Shown piece by piece: positions 27,081 through 43,176 of a stretch of 64,000 nucleotides of DNA. Every line of letters starts with the position of its first letter. Within the stretch, counting starts at the first letter, position 1. The stretch is taken from positions 14,882,001 through 14,946,000 of the forward strand of contig CM097885.1 in assembly GCA_044892525.1 (NCBI GenBank), read 5' to 3'. Both the position numbers and the translations under genes were made by a program. This DNA is from Schmidtea polychroa. Taxonomy: Eukaryota. The notes beneath the pieces are model-generated. The model was given only the letters and a program-made list of their open reading frames with translations, had not been told where the DNA came from and searched no databases.

Positions 27081-27732
27081 CTAATCTCGTGTCAAACTAT
27101 TTATCCACTCAAGTCCGCGCGGATAATCTAAAACCATTAGATACAATAATTGGATACCACAGAACCAATAACTAAGGTTTTACTTTTATTGTTTTTATAA
27201 ATAAAGTTTGAAGTTGAAATTTTATTATTGTTCATTTTTAATAAAGTATTTTTTATTTTTCAGTACATACATTCACCCAGCTGTCCCAAGACAGTTTCAT
27301 TTAAAGGAGACTCGGCTGGGTTCTACAACTTTCCTTACACAGCACGAATCATCAAACAAATAAATAACCAATAATTAAAAATAACACATCCTGAACAATA
27401 TAGGAAATTAACGGATTAACAATAAGTAAATATTTTATTGGCTAATAAAAATAATGTCAAACAATATTTTATATTTTTTAAGAATATAGTAAAAATGCGT
27501 GAGAATACCAGCTATTAATATATAATCTAATAGGAATCATTTCACAGCATTCTGGAACTCAAAGCTTCACATTTACATGAGTGGGAAATTTTGTTAAATG
27601 GTGTAATTATTATCTCTATTTTCCAATTTAAGGGAAATAGTTAGGTGTTGCAGTTAAAAGGGGAAATATCTGCATGCATTTAAACAAACTTTAAATAAAA
27701 GACTTGACATAAAATAATACACACTGAAATAC

Positions 27733-27765
27733 ACACCTGATAAAGGCTTTGCCGAAATATCGTGT
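27733..27765 (+). ncRNA. Degenerate minimal hammerhead
   Basis: ACAC-CTGATAA-A-GGC TTT GCC-GAAA-TA-TC-GTGT; C3-A8 mismatch in the core. Confidence 0.6.
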
Positions 27766-28445
27766 ACCTTATATATTGTACAAATATTAATATAGAATTA
27801 TTGAAATAGACAAAAAAAATTATTTTAAAATTGTAATTTGAGTTTACTTTTAATCAACAAGAAAATCATTATTTTTCAATCGAAAGATTGCGTTAATTTA
27901 AATTAAATTTAATTTTAATTTAATTTAACATTTAAAACAAATTAAAAGAACGATGTAGACATAAATAAAATTAAACAATTGATTTTTCTTTACAATTTTT
28001 AGAAAACAAAAGATTTGATTGAGAATATATTTATTAATTTGTTTACATATATTCCTATTGTTGGTAAGCTATATTTTAATTTTATTATTTATATTTTTAA
28101 ATATATATTAAATATATACTTTGATTTCAAAATTAAAGTGAATAAAAGTGAAATGAGAAACATTTTTTTTCGATTTATTGAATTGATCATATGTTGATCA
28201 TATATCGATCATATATAATACATCAATCAAATATCGATCATACATAGATCAAATATCGACCATATATCGATCATATTTTGATCTGCACTAAATTATATAC
28301 AGAACAAATCCTAAATTTATTATTTGATCAGCATCAATTTTATTAAATTAAATTCAGATATCTGCGTCGTAATTAAAAGTAGAAGAAAATTAAAATTGAG
28401 GAAAAGAATTAAATATAAAATAATTATTAATTATAAATCTTATAG

Positions 28446-28526
<81 letters not shown>

Positions 28527-30373
28527 AGAATGTTTTTCTTCAAAATTATATTTCACATCATATTTCATATTTTTAAAAATTTTTCAATAAATAATAATAA
28601 CATCTAAATATATAATTATCTCTGGGGTTCCTTGATTCTAATTATGTGAGTATGCACGAGTATTTCAAAATATTATTCATCATTATTAAAAACAATTCTG
28701 TTATATTTCATAGCAAAAATATAAATGTTAATTTGGAAATATTATGATGATGCAACGAGTTGTTTTAATAACGGTTGTATTAGTCATGCGATTCAGAAAT
28801 AATTCTATTTATATTAAAATACAATAGTTATTCATAATTATATTTACTAGGATAATTGAAGACATTCAAATAAAAGAATGTCTACCAAAGTTACAGAAAT
28901 GAGGATTATTTAAAGGAAATTTTAATCAAGCAATTCCAGTCGATCCACGCATTTCGGTCACTTCCTTGTGAATTGTGTGGAAGAGCAGGCTATTTTTAGG
29001 CTTTTTTACTAACTGATTATCATATAATAACCGGTTAAAAAAAATCCTAAAAATCTCATAAACCTTTATGAAATTCAAAACTAATTGATTTAACAAAGAA
29101 TTTTACACTTCAATTATTATTATAGAAATTTCTTTTGATTTTCACATCTGATTTCTTTCCATTTTCAATCGACATTATATTTATTAAAAAATCGACTATT
29201 AATCAGTAAATATATCGATGTTTTTAGATATTCACCGATTTTCGGCAATGCCTTTTTCATGTGATTTTATTCAATTAATATAAATATTAAAATAATTAGT
29301 CTCACATTACAAGAAATAAAATATTAATAATACTAAAGCGTTAAGTGATTAAAACTTAATTTCTACCGTATTCTCTGCGACTGAGAATACACGTTCATTT
29401 AATTTCGATGTTGGTCCTATTGTTACGACTATTTATTTTAATTCTTCCGTACAAATCGTATGATTTAAAGTCCTTTTTATCTTTTTAAAATGGCATTATT
29501 CTTGACGAGCATGAACGTGAACAATGGCTATCGAATTAATTGCTCTATGTAATTTTTGGTTTAGATGGTCGCTTTGCATTTTTTCATTTAATTCTAAATC
29601 GGTATTCGAATCCAAATTAGATACATTAATATTCTGGTTTGCTTCAGAAAATTACCTTAATGAGAAATAATTGATGGGAATGTTTTATAAAAAGGAAAGC
29701 AATTCAATCAGTATTGTCATTATATTGTCATTATATTGCCATCGTCTTGATTAAGTCGGCATTATTATTTAGACAATTTATTACCTGTGATCATTGTGCT
29801 GACAAATAGATATTTATCATTCGAAGTCTACTTACCAAATATAGTTGTGATGGAATACTTAATTTATTATTTACATTAATTAAATTTTATATATTAATTA
29901 AGTATATTAAGGATTTTTCTTATAAACATTGTTTGTTTACGAGTCAAGAAATATTTGAAATTCTTTTCTTAGACTCCACTGGAAACAACTTTATAATGCC
30001 ATCAACAGTTTTTTTTTGAAAGAGTAGATTTTGTTCGAGTTTAGAAACTCTATAACCGCAATCATAAGGGTCCTAGTCAAATCTTCAAATTATTACTTTG
30101 TCCAAAAGTATTCATTGAAATAGAATTTAAATACATGTTAAAATCTAATAAAAAAGAAATGCTTATTAACGCAAAAGACATTGAAATATACATTTTCATA
30201 AAAACCTATAATATAATATAATTTAAAACTTCTATAAGAGAGGATTGTGGCACTTTTCGATTGCAAAATTCATTAAATACATTGAATATCAAAAAGTATT
30301 GGATAAAGTATTGGAAAAAATTAAAATAAAAATATTAAAAATTTTAAAAAATAAATCGTTAATAAAAAGTTAC

Positions 30374-30418
30374 CACTGTAAACCATCCCGATATGCTAAG
30401 AGTTTCTTCTGATTGAGA
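30374..30418 (-). CDS. nAChR-like subunit 45-nt exon
   Basis: tttag|SQSEETLSISGWFTV|gtaact. Matches the conserved 15-codon phase-0 exon of nAChR genes and joins VWKDLRL in frame. Confidence 0.88.
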
Positions 30419-30422
30419 CTAA

Positions 30423-30560
<138 letters not shown>

Positions 30561-30698
30561 AACCAGAGTATTTTAATTTAGTTTAACATGTTATATATTT
30601 AAAAATATCAAGTGAAAAACAAGAAATTGAATTAGTGAGGAAAAAATATTTCATTTAATAAGCATTGAGGAAATGACTTACCTATTTATTTATTTGAA

Positions 30699-30776
<78 letters not shown>

Positions 30777-33087
30777 AATAATATTTTATCGCTATTATTA
30801 TCATTATTACATTAATCCTTAATATTGTATTATTAAAATTAAGAATAAAATTTGTTACGTAATTGATATGAATTACTGGTACAAAGTCAAATTGCAGTTT
30901 ATAATTATCAAATTCTCTCTTTTGGAAATATGATATACAAATCCTTTAATCAAACGAAGAAATAATTATACGGTTATTTTAAGTTTATTACAACGTGATT
31001 TATTTACATAAAAATAATTACCGCTTCATGTGGTTCAGCGTTAATAATTTATTTAATTAATTTCGTATCAAATACATAGATTTATGATAATTGAATCTTT
31101 TATTATTTTCATCAATGACATATTTTCATTTCATGCTTATTTATCCTTATTTTATTAAAGATGTTGTACTTAAGACAAATTTCCCTCATACCCTTTTACC
31201 CAAGCAGAGGCGTAACTAGGAGGCAATTTGCCCTGGGCGCCTACATGAGGGAGCATGAGAAAAGGATTCATTGTATTCGTGTGGGACTTCAAATTTTATA
31301 ATGTTTCCAACAGAAGTCAGGAAGAAACAACTGGAATTTCCTTCCTCCGTGATAGAGTTTTGCTTTCGTTAAACCCCAAGAGATTTCGATAGTGATTTAT
31401 TGATTTTATTTATTGATTTATTTAAACGTAACTTTAGAAATGATTTAGAAAATATTAAAAAGTTCATAAAAAATTCTATAAAGCATATGATATACGAATA
31501 TTAGTTGATCATAATTTAGAAGCAATAAAAATTTTAATGGTGGAGAAAAATATTTGTCTTGTATTCTAAACATATCAAACCCCAAATAGAAAAAATACAC
31601 TGTTAGTTGTTATACTTTTGATATTTATAACATCCTATTTATAAGTACTAATATTTATTAAATTAAAAAACGATGCAATTTGTTTGCAATATTTAAACAA
31701 ATCTTCACGAGAACTTTTATTCAACGTCGAGTCTTGTCAGCATAAGGAATTTGCATACCACATCAATCCACAACATACTTTTATTTATTTAATTATTTAT
31801 TTAATTATTCATTTAATTAATTAATTTAATTATATTATCACAAACACAATTGATGATTTATAAAATCGAATTTAGGTTATAACAAATTATTATTATCAAA
31901 AAGTTTCAAGTCCTTAATATCTGATATTCTTCAATGATATTCTTTTAATGTCAAGAAGTAAAAAAATGACACTAGAACTACAGCGGATATCGGTCAGAGT
32001 ATTTTACAGTTAGGTTCTAGCTTTGCAGGACAATATGTAAGTGGTCAAATACACAAGTGGCAGCATTGAAATAGATCTTAGAAAACATACGAAGTTTATA
32101 ATATGTTGAACGGAAATATTTTAATGTCTAATTAATGTCTAGAAAACCAATTCCTCAATTATCAAATGTTCCCTCACCCATGCATACCTAAAGGGTATTA
32201 ATAGGACAGTTATTAAGCATTGACCATGCTGATTGGAAAATAAAAACCTAGAAACAATTAGATGAAAATGTTAATGGTATACCAAAACATACATCTCAAA
32301 AAATAAAAGATCACATACGTCATTTGGATTTAACTAATTATATATTAGACAGTCACAAGAAACATGTTGTCTCCAGTAGAGGTAGTTTAAATGCTATAAA
32401 AACTCCACTGAATTAGCAATAAATATTAGTGTAATGTCAACGACGCAAAATCCAAATTCCACAACTGCACTCATTATTCCAACATCTGGAATTCCCGGTA
32501 GTTGTGGAGGTAACGGAGTACTTAGATCTTCGCGAGGAGGTTTCAGACCATCACTTAACGGAGATAGACTTACATTCACCACAACCAATTGCAAAGCTAG
32601 TTGCATTGAAACAACAAATACAGGAGAATGGTATTAAATGCCTACCGAATACTACCATCCCCGCGTCATGTACGGGAATTTTATTTATGGTTATGGTTGA
32701 CGTACTTGATGCGCACACTACCTTGCGCTATTTGGTTGATTCATGCAATCGTGCCAGTGCAGTCTTGTCTAGAATTTGTTGAGGTGTGACTGTGTTATAA
32801 TATTACACTTAAATCCGAAATGTAAAAGTTTCTATAATATACGTTAGTGTGTGCATCAGGGGATGACTTATCATTTATGAGAATGTGAAGTTATTTACTT
32901 CATTTATTCAATTCTATAAATGGTTTTCAAGTAAGTTTTTTAAATTTAAGTAACTTTTAAGGCTTGGATTTTGATTGTATTTAATTATGAGATCATTATT
33001 CAAGCTCTTAAACATTACTTTTAGTCAACAAATTGATTATTAATTATTTTTAATTAATGTTCAGGTTTTTGTAGGATTTTTATGACA

Positions 33088-34889
33088 TGAGTGCTACTAA
33101 TAAAAGAAAAATAGAAATCGAGAATTTCAAGATCGCTGGGGGATAGATTATTTATTTATTCTGAATAAGAATGGTAAACCACAGGGTTGGAATGTTTACA
33201 AATCTTGATGCGCCATTATCTTTCCATGCATGAAAAAAACTATCATTCGTACACGCGAGACTTGAAAATACCACTGGTGAAAATAATAAAAAAAGCAGCT
33301 GGATCATCAAACGAATTATTTTAATCAAGAACCAAAATTTCAAGAAGCATATGTAGCTGCATCGTTTGAAGTTTGTTTAGAAATAGTAAAGGCAAAGATC
33401 TTATAAATTAGAAAACTTAATCAATAGTTGCTACTATTTTTCAGTAGCATTGGATGAAAGCACAGACATTCCCGATTCATGTCAAACGCTTATCTTTATA
33501 AGAACTGTAAATGAAAACTATAATTATTCAGAAAAACTTTAAGAATTACTATATTACACGGAACAACAAAAGATGAAGATATTTACAAACAATTAAAATG
33601 TGCAGTAGAGCAGTAAGGCGGATTTGACAAGTGTACTGCTATTGTAACTGACTGTGCTAGAGCTATGACGGGCAAAAATATTGGTCTCGCGGGAATTTTG
33701 CAAAAAGAAGGAATAACATGTCGTATGTTACACTGTATTATCCACCAGGAGGCATTATGTGGTTTACCCCTACAACTAAGAGACGTAATGGATAAAGTTT
33801 GCAAAATTACTAATTTAATTCGCGGCGGAAATTGTTCTCTTACACACCGAAAAGTAAGAACATTTTTGGATGAATTGGAAACTGAGTATGGAGATCTGCT
33901 TTTAGATAGTAACGTTTGTTGGTTAAGTGCCTGAGGAGATTCTTTTACTTCGAAAAGAAGTTCATCTTTTTCTCAAAGAAATTGCAGTCGATGAAAATTC
34001 GACAGCAAATTTAGTTGATAAAAATTTTATTTATTCACTTGCTTTCCTAACAGACATTACAAATTATTTAAATATTTTGAATAAATCCTTGCAAGGACAA
34101 GATCAAAATGTGTGTTGCCTTTATAAATATGTTACTGTATGTTATTGTATTACTAAATATGTTATTGTTAGAAACAAATTAAAATTGTTAAGGTTCAATT
34201 TGGATCAAAATAATTTATTTCATTTTGAATCTTGCAAAGAGATCTATGAAGAAATGAAAGAATGTAATATAGGAGCGAATTTTAAAATATTTCTACCAAA
34301 ATTAAATATGCTAATTACATATTTCTATGAAAGATTTTCTCAATTTGAAGATTTTAATCCGCCTTTTGATTTATTTTGTGATCAAATTAATATTGATATC
34401 AACTCCGTTGATCTTAAATATCAAATAGAATTATGCGACCTGCTGGCAGACCCATTTTTTACATCTTGTGGAGTAACTGGAATAGAAATATTTAAATTTT
34501 TAGATAAAGAACAATATCCAGAATTTAGAGATTTTGACTTCAAATTGTATCAATGTTCGAAAGTACATATATCTGCGAGCGTGCATACTCCGATATCAAA
34601 CATATAACGTCAAAATATAGAAACACTTTGAAAGATTCCACTCTTGAAGATATAATCAGACTTGCCACAACAAATATTGATGTGGACTTAAAAGATATTG
34701 TTGCTAAACAATTACGGCCACAATGTTCTCATTAATATACTACGGATATTTTAAAGTTTTCTTTTTAGTATAAATAAAATATTTTTTTAATTAACATAAA
34801 CTGACTTTTCATTTATCAACCTTCTTGGCCCCCGAAATGTTTGGTAAAGAAAATATGGCCGGAGGGCTATGATAAATTGGACAGCGTTG
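33088..34889 (+). mobile_element. hAT (Charlie/SPIN/GTF2IRD2-like) transposase pseudogene
   Basis: FSVALDESTDI, HCIIHQEALC, LLLDSNVCWLS, LAFLTDITNYLNILNKSLQG, FESTYICERAYSDIK. Right end ...TTGGACAGCGTTG followed by GCCTAGAA. Multiple frameshifts. Confidence 0.92.
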
Positions 34890-34895
34890 GCCTAG

Positions 34896-35260
34896 AACAT
34901 GTTTCTAAGCATAAACCCATGAAACAATTATTTATTGGAAATAAAATTATGCGGGCTTATAAAATATCTTATACATTTGAAATGTTTGAAAAATTCCCGC
35001 CTGGTAATATTAGGCAACCTTATGATATTATAGATCCTAATTATAAAACAACTCAATCTTGGCAACCAACAACAAAATAGATGACACCTTCTATTCCTTA
35101 TTGTACACCCTTCTATTTTTGGATTCGTGAAGAAATAACACCAAAGGATAAAGATGGTTTATTTTCAGTGATTGAAAATAATGCTGCTAGATTCAAAGGT
35201 CCAAGTTATGTTTATTATGATATGCGTGCTGGATTGAAAGGAAATTCTCCAAGTGAATGA
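34896..35260 (+). pseudogene. Unknown ORF remnant, possibly a ssDNA-virus capsid C-terminus
   Basis: HVSKHKPMKQLFIGNKIMRAYKISYTFEM...TTQSWQPTTK*MTPSIPYCTPFYFWIRE...FKGPSYVYYDMRAG. One internal stop; family assignment by resemblance only. Confidence 0.35.
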
Positions 35261-35461
35261 CTATATGATTATTAAATTTTTATATTCTTAACATTTTTAT
35301 TTTCTATAGAATTATCGATTTTTCTAAAATTTATTTGAAAGTTCAATTTTCACCACTGATTTCTTTTCAATTGGCACTGTATTTATTAGAATGGTTGACT
35401 ATGAATCAGTAAAGATATCGATGTTTTTTTGATATTGACGAAGTTTCGGCACTGCCTTTTT

Positions 35462-35597
<136 letters not shown>

Positions 35598-36031
35598 AAT
35601 AGATTAAATTTAACTAAATTTTCGTTATTAGTAAATCACAATAAATGTAAGGGAATCTTTAAATGAAGAATTTCCAAGAAGATAGGTTGAAAGAAGAGGT
35701 ACATTTTATTCTCCATTTTACCTCCATTTTTTGGATTCTTTCATTAGGGATCTGTCGCAACCAAAGTTATTAAAGAATAGTTCTATCACAATTTTTGATA
35801 TTTTCTATTTAAAAATAAAATACGTTTCCTGGTCAAATGTGTCAAATTAATTTTCAAATAATGCTTGTCCAATTTATTATCCAGTAACATATAACAAAAA
35901 TCTACACTTTTTTATATTCAAAAAGTAAATAATTTTGTCACTTTTTCAGTTCCTGATATGACTTCAAATCCCTCAAATTTAGTTAATAAATAATAAATAA
36001 TTAATTAATTAAGTAAATTAATAAATCATAC

Positions 36032-36171
36032 AAATGCCAATATTTGAATGACGTTGTAAGTTATGTTAACTTTTACTGGTTTCGAACAATGATCTTCACA
36101 GACAGGAGGCCGGATATGTAGATTAATATTTTCTATTCTCTTTATGAGTCCTTCTTCAAAACCAATTCCCG
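36032..36171 (-). CDS. nAChR-like subunit exon (N-terminal helix, RP motif)
   Basis: tttaag|cg GIGFEEGLIKRIENINLHIRPPVCEDHCSKPVKVNITYNVIQILAF|gtatga. 140 nt, phase 1 to phase 0. Confidence 0.85.
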
Positions 36172-36177
36172 CTTAAA

Positions 36178-36290
<113 letters not shown>

Positions 36291-36581
36291 TAATAATAAT
36301 AATAATAATAATATTGATTACAAATGTATAGTTGATAATATCATATCTGAAATTAAATCAATAATTGAAGGAAAAGAATTTTTAGATTTTTTATTATCAC
36401 TTAATTATTTTAAAAATCATGTGATTGCAAATTCGATGCAACTGAAATGCATGATTCTGATTGGTTGAAATCTAATTGGCTGATGATTATTTATAACAAA
36501 ATGTTTTGGGTTTAGTTATCATTTTTAAACCATGTACAATATTCAAAGTTCAGCTATAGCAGCCATGAAAGAACATGAACA

Positions 36582-36999
36582 TTATGATAAATTAAAATTT
36601 TTTATTATTAATTGTATTTATCATATATATTTATCAAAAAGAATTACTATCTTACCACTAGCGAATATATTTACACACATAGGGTTATATTTTATATATC
36701 TCAAAGCTGGAAATAATTCTGGTTCGTAAACACATGGTATTAATATTATTAGCCAAGTTATTTAAATTACAAGAAAAACCTATATCAGAAGTTACGGTTA
36801 TCGATTGTATTTCTAAATCATAAACATTATATTCACTAGCTTTAATTATTTCCTTACACCCCATAATTCTACATTTACCAGTTTTGAAATATATTATGGG
36901 ATATTTTTTACTTCTATTGATAAGTTGTTGTGGTTTCCCCATTGGAAATACCATTTTTGATACATCAGCTTTTGCTCTGTAATTTATATTTGAAAGCAT
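36582..36999 (-). pseudogene. TBP (TATA-binding protein)-like gene of Polinton fragment B, frameshifted
   Basis: MLSNINY...IIYFKTGKCRIMGCK...IQSITVTSDIGFSCNL, then a frameshift near 36745 into YEPELFPALRY...VNIFASGKIVIL. Both TBP repeats are recognisable; intronless. Confidence 0.82.
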
Positions 37000-37108
37000 T
37001 TTAATGAAATAATTATAAAACTCTGATATATATATATATAGTTATTTTAAAACGGAGTTCATTTAAATTATCAATATAAACAATAATTATATAGTTTAAA
37101 TTTAAAAA

Positions 37109-37699
37109 ATGAATTACGAAATGATGCAGTATACCAAATCGTTGGTCCAAGTGATAGCGGAAAAACGTTATTTGTTTGTAAATTACTAAAATCAAATTTA
37201 TTCAAAACAAAATTCAACAATATTTATTGGCATAGGGGCGCCGACGAAGAACATGGATTGACACAATCAAGTTTCTGCCAGTTGAAAAACATGAAAATAG
37301 CTACAGGATTTGATAAAAACTAGTCAAGTCGGTTGAAGAAAGGTGATGTCATCATTATCGATGATTTGTATCAAGAAGGAAATAAAGAAAAAAATTTTAA
37401 TAATTTATTCACAAAAATCAGCAGACATGTCGGTGTAACAGTTATTTTCATAACACAAAATCTATTTCGTCAAGGTGGTGCACATCGAACACGTAATTTA
37501 AATGTACAATATTTAGTTATTTAGACAAGCATACACTAATAATCGTAATTTTCTTATCAATGCATTTCAAGATGCTACGAAAATACTGCATAGATATATA
37601 TTTCTTGATTTCACACAACAATGTCCTGATGATTTACGAGTTAAAACAGATATTTTCAACCCAAAAGGTGCTATGGTTTATAAACAAAGTTCAAAATAA
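37109..37699 (+). pseudogene. Polinton/adintovirus packaging ATPase (FtsK/HerA-like), disrupted
   Basis: Walker A GPSDSGKT at 37144-37167, Walker B IIIDD, LFTKISRHVGVTVIFITQNLF, YIFLDF...DLRVKTDIF. In-frame stop at 37321 and a frame break near 37520. Confidence 0.88.
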
Positions 37700-38103
37700 A
37701 GTTGAAAACATATAAAACATGTTTTCAAAAACAACGATATCAAATGAAAAACAACCAAAAGTTCCACCAACAACTAGTTATACTCCATCTAAAGAACTTA
37801 TTACAGAAAATTTTCCTGCAATGAATCTTAATTAGAAAAATCCTAAACCTAAACCTAAACGAAAAACCAATAAGAAAGTAAAAGTTGTTAAAAATCATCA
37901 CAGTTTCCCGTTTTTTAATACATTGTTAAAGGCACCGAGTATAAAAAGAATGAATATTTTGCAATCATTCCCAAATTATGTGTGCGAATGTTTTGCTATC
38001 CTATCTCTATTTTCATTGGTCGGTTAATAAATCTTGCAATATCTCTCTTATATAGTCTACACTTTCATTTTTTCAACACTTTTACAAAACTATTATATAC
38101 AAC

Positions 38104-39288
<1,185 letters not shown>

Positions 39289-39382
39289 GAAATCCCTTTT
39301 CTTTAGATTATACAATTCGTTTGTTAACAACATTAATAACACTAATAATAATACCAGTAACAACAATAATAATACCAACACC

Positions 39383-39536
<154 letters not shown>

Positions 39537-40539
39537 GTAATAACAATAATAGTAATATTAATTCTCAATTAAAAGGAAACAGCATTAGATACTTAATGAT
39601 AGTAAGGAACAGAAAAAAGACATTCCCAGCCATAGGAGAATTATTGCGTATTAAAGAAAACGAATTCCCCTGAGCATAAAACAAATTTTCATTAGTAGAT
39701 TGATAAAATATTGCGGATCATTCAAGCATTGTCTAGGAAATTTCTCCAGGTAACTTAGTTAATCTCAAAGTTATAAACAGACCAACTACTAACTCTAGGA
39801 GTCCAAAGAGCAGTGATACATATGAGATGAATGGTCCCCTTGAATTAAATATTCACAAATTATAGGAATTAATAAAAGTGACCGCAAAATAGAATCCTTA
39901 ATAATGAAACTCTTATTATTAATTTTAATTATCAGCATTAATAGGGGAATTAATACATTTATTGGTGAAGTTCAAACCATTTGGGGTAGGATGCAATGGA
40001 TCATATATGAATATAAAGCATTTAATAACCTCTGATGGCATATTATCTATTTGACTTTTTCTTTTTTACTCTCGATGTTTAGTGAACATTTCCAGATATT
40101 GTTCTTAGTTGTCTGTTTTTATTTTTAAAAGATATTTTTATATAGGTTTGTTACGGAATAAGATGAAAATAAAGAAAAATTTTCCAATAGTCATTGCTGG
40201 AGTCATTTCTCTCATAATTCAAATATTAACCTAATTAATCCACAGAATATTCATATATAATAATACATTTATATGATTTACCACAACAAAGGCGCGGCAT
40301 AAAGGGAGCAAACAATAAAAGCGCAAATAAAAAAGGAAATATCTCCGGCTAGTCAATGAATCTTTTTTTAATTACTATATACCTTTTGTGGAATCTAGTT
40401 ATAAATACTTAATTTTGCATTTTCGATACGGATTATTATAATGCTATAAAAACAAAACAAAATATTTAATTTTATGAGTATGGCGTATAAAAATGCTGAG
40501 GATACATAACTAATAAATAATATGATAAATAAATAAAAT

Positions 40540-41331
40540 TACCTGGAAGAAGATCGTTATGACAAACGAGACGATCTATGGGAGCTCGGAGAAGAAAACG
40601 GAAGTAAAAAGATATGAGAAATGAGAAAGATAAACCAAATAAAAGAAAGCAAACAAGAAATTAAAACAATTAAAAAGCACAAAGAGGAAAAGAAATTTCA
40701 AATTCCAAAAACAAAACAGGAGAAAAATGCATATCTTGACAGCTTGTCACAGATATCGGAATTACAGGAAAAGTCAGCCTAACAAAAAAGGGAAAAAACA
40801 AAGTATACCTCGACATCTGACAGAGATAAGACAGGAACATTGGAAAATGCAGAAAGAAGAGAAAATGGGAAAACAAAATTATCTCAAGTACTGTAAATAT
40901 AACAATCTATAAAAGGGAAAGACACAGAAGTCAGAGGGGGGTGAAAAAACGGAGCTAAAGCAGAATTACAGGAGAGAATTCAGACATATTTAATTGGGAG
41001 AATTACGAGAATCTTTTGGAAAATCGAATAGAAAAAGGTAATTGAAGTAAATAATTTGTGGTCAAAGCAAATAAAGCAATCGATTAACGTACCCTGTGAG
41101 TGAGTCGGTCGACGACTAGTTATTATTGTTATTATTATTGGCAATCATACACGGAGAGCTCTCTATTTTAGAGTTGATTGGTTTTGTAATTGCGACTTGT
41201 AAAATCTATTGTGAATATTAATAAAGATTTATCTTGTAAATGATTGCTAATTTGTGAATCGATAAAACACGCTTGGAGTCAGAGAAAGGATTGTTGAATT
41301 TAGAGTTTATCATCAATCAATAAACCCAACA
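40540..41331 (+). mobile_element. Probable LTR fragment
   Basis: Ends ...AAACCCAACA with AATAAA upstream; homologous to the end at 11596. Left boundary approximate. Confidence 0.5.
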
Positions 41332-42203
41332 ATAACTTTTATTTTAAGCAAAATGTTTTGCATCAATGATACTTGTAAATGTTTTGTTTTAATAGTTTAT
41401 TTCATTCATAATTTTATTTGGTATGAGTCACATTTTGAAATTTACCCAATTAATTGAGCATCCCACGTCAGATGTGAAATCTTATAATCTTGCAGCCTTT
41501 TCCGTGTAATATATGCGGCACATTTATGTGCTGGGAGCAAAGGAAAATCGACATCGTGTTGATGGGAGATGGCTCTGTTGACGAACATCTCGTAAACCAA
41601 GTGCGAGTCGTTTTACAGGCAATATACCCTAAAATGTTTATTACCTATCTACTACTGACTTCCAATTCCAAAAACAGTTTGACATAAAGAAAGAATACCT
41701 CGACAAATTTTTCATGATTAAAACAAACCGGTCCATTAATAGGAATTAATTATCATCATTGACTGTTTACGATTAGTAAACCCATAAACAATAAATAAAC
41801 AAAAATAAATAAATAACGCAGTTAAAAGATTTTATTTAACTATTTTAAAAATCTAGTAAAGAAAAATTTGTTTTTTCTAGGAATGAAAAACTAATAATAT
41901 TTACTGAAAGTCGCAATGTTTACTTAATTAATGCCAGTCTAACCTTTAGGTGTTTTGACTTATGACAAAGTTGACAAACATTATTTACTTGTTTCTTTGA
42001 AAAGGACCGAAGCGACGAGTAGGAGTTGAAAAGTGAAGTTAATTCGTTGCAATATGAATACCCCATCATCTGAACATATATAATTTGGATAAAGCAATAT
42101 ATTAAGACAAAAAATATCTATTAAATATTATTTATAAAAATAAAATAATTAACGTAAAATATTAATGTTGAGATTTTTCTTGAAAATTCTCTTAAACAAT
42201 ATA

Positions 42204-42374
<171 letters not shown>

Positions 42375-43176
42375 CATTAAAAATTAAAAATATTTTCATT
42401 TTAATCTTCTATTTGCGATTTTTTAATCTTCATTCTTTCAACAAAATAACAACAATATTTATAAATGAATGTGTTATTTTCATTTAACAAATAACAAAAT
42501 TCAGTAAACTTCAATTATCTGTTACTTAATCACATTTTTAACTTTCCATTAATTGCTATTAAAAGATCAAAGCCAATTCTGGACAGTGTTTTTAATCTCT
42601 TCATTATCCTTACAATAAATAATTCTTTTCTATTTGTATTCCTTTAATGAGTTGTCACTGTCAAAGGTTTCAAAGCATTGAGAACTTAAAAGCAAGTTCA
42701 TAAAGCTATTGAATTTCTAGATCTTTATAAATGAGAATTGTACATTAATTGCTCCACATATCCCCCTAACATTTTATAATAAATTTGTAAATGTCGGGAA
42801 TCGTTGAAAATATATATTTATAAAAGCACGGCTGGTCAATCGGAAATTATCAGAAACATTTCTAGTTTCTCATGAAATAATTGATATTGGGTCTGTAAAC
42901 AATACAACTAGTTTGCGGCTCCTCAGAAACAATATTAAGGAATTATATATTATCAACTCCATAATATTCTTTTACTACCTTTCCATAGGATTAGTTTATT
43001 TTGGGTTATACGGTCAGTAGAATATTCGGAGTCTGATATCCGTCAAGGCCGTCAGTAGGAAACGACAATGCCAATAATTGGAATCTACACTCTCAAATTC
43101 ATAATAATGTTGAGAATTGGCCGAAACAAAATGAAACTGGACTGAAACCGAAAACATTTGATAGAATGATGTATAG

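Noticed and set aside
32394..32782. Overlapping short ORFs in a GC-richer patch
   Set aside because: No recognisable motif in any frame; probably TE-derived.
41461..41700. GC-richer patch with CxxC (PFPCNICG)
   Set aside because: The zinc-finger pattern is incomplete and there is no consistent exon structure.
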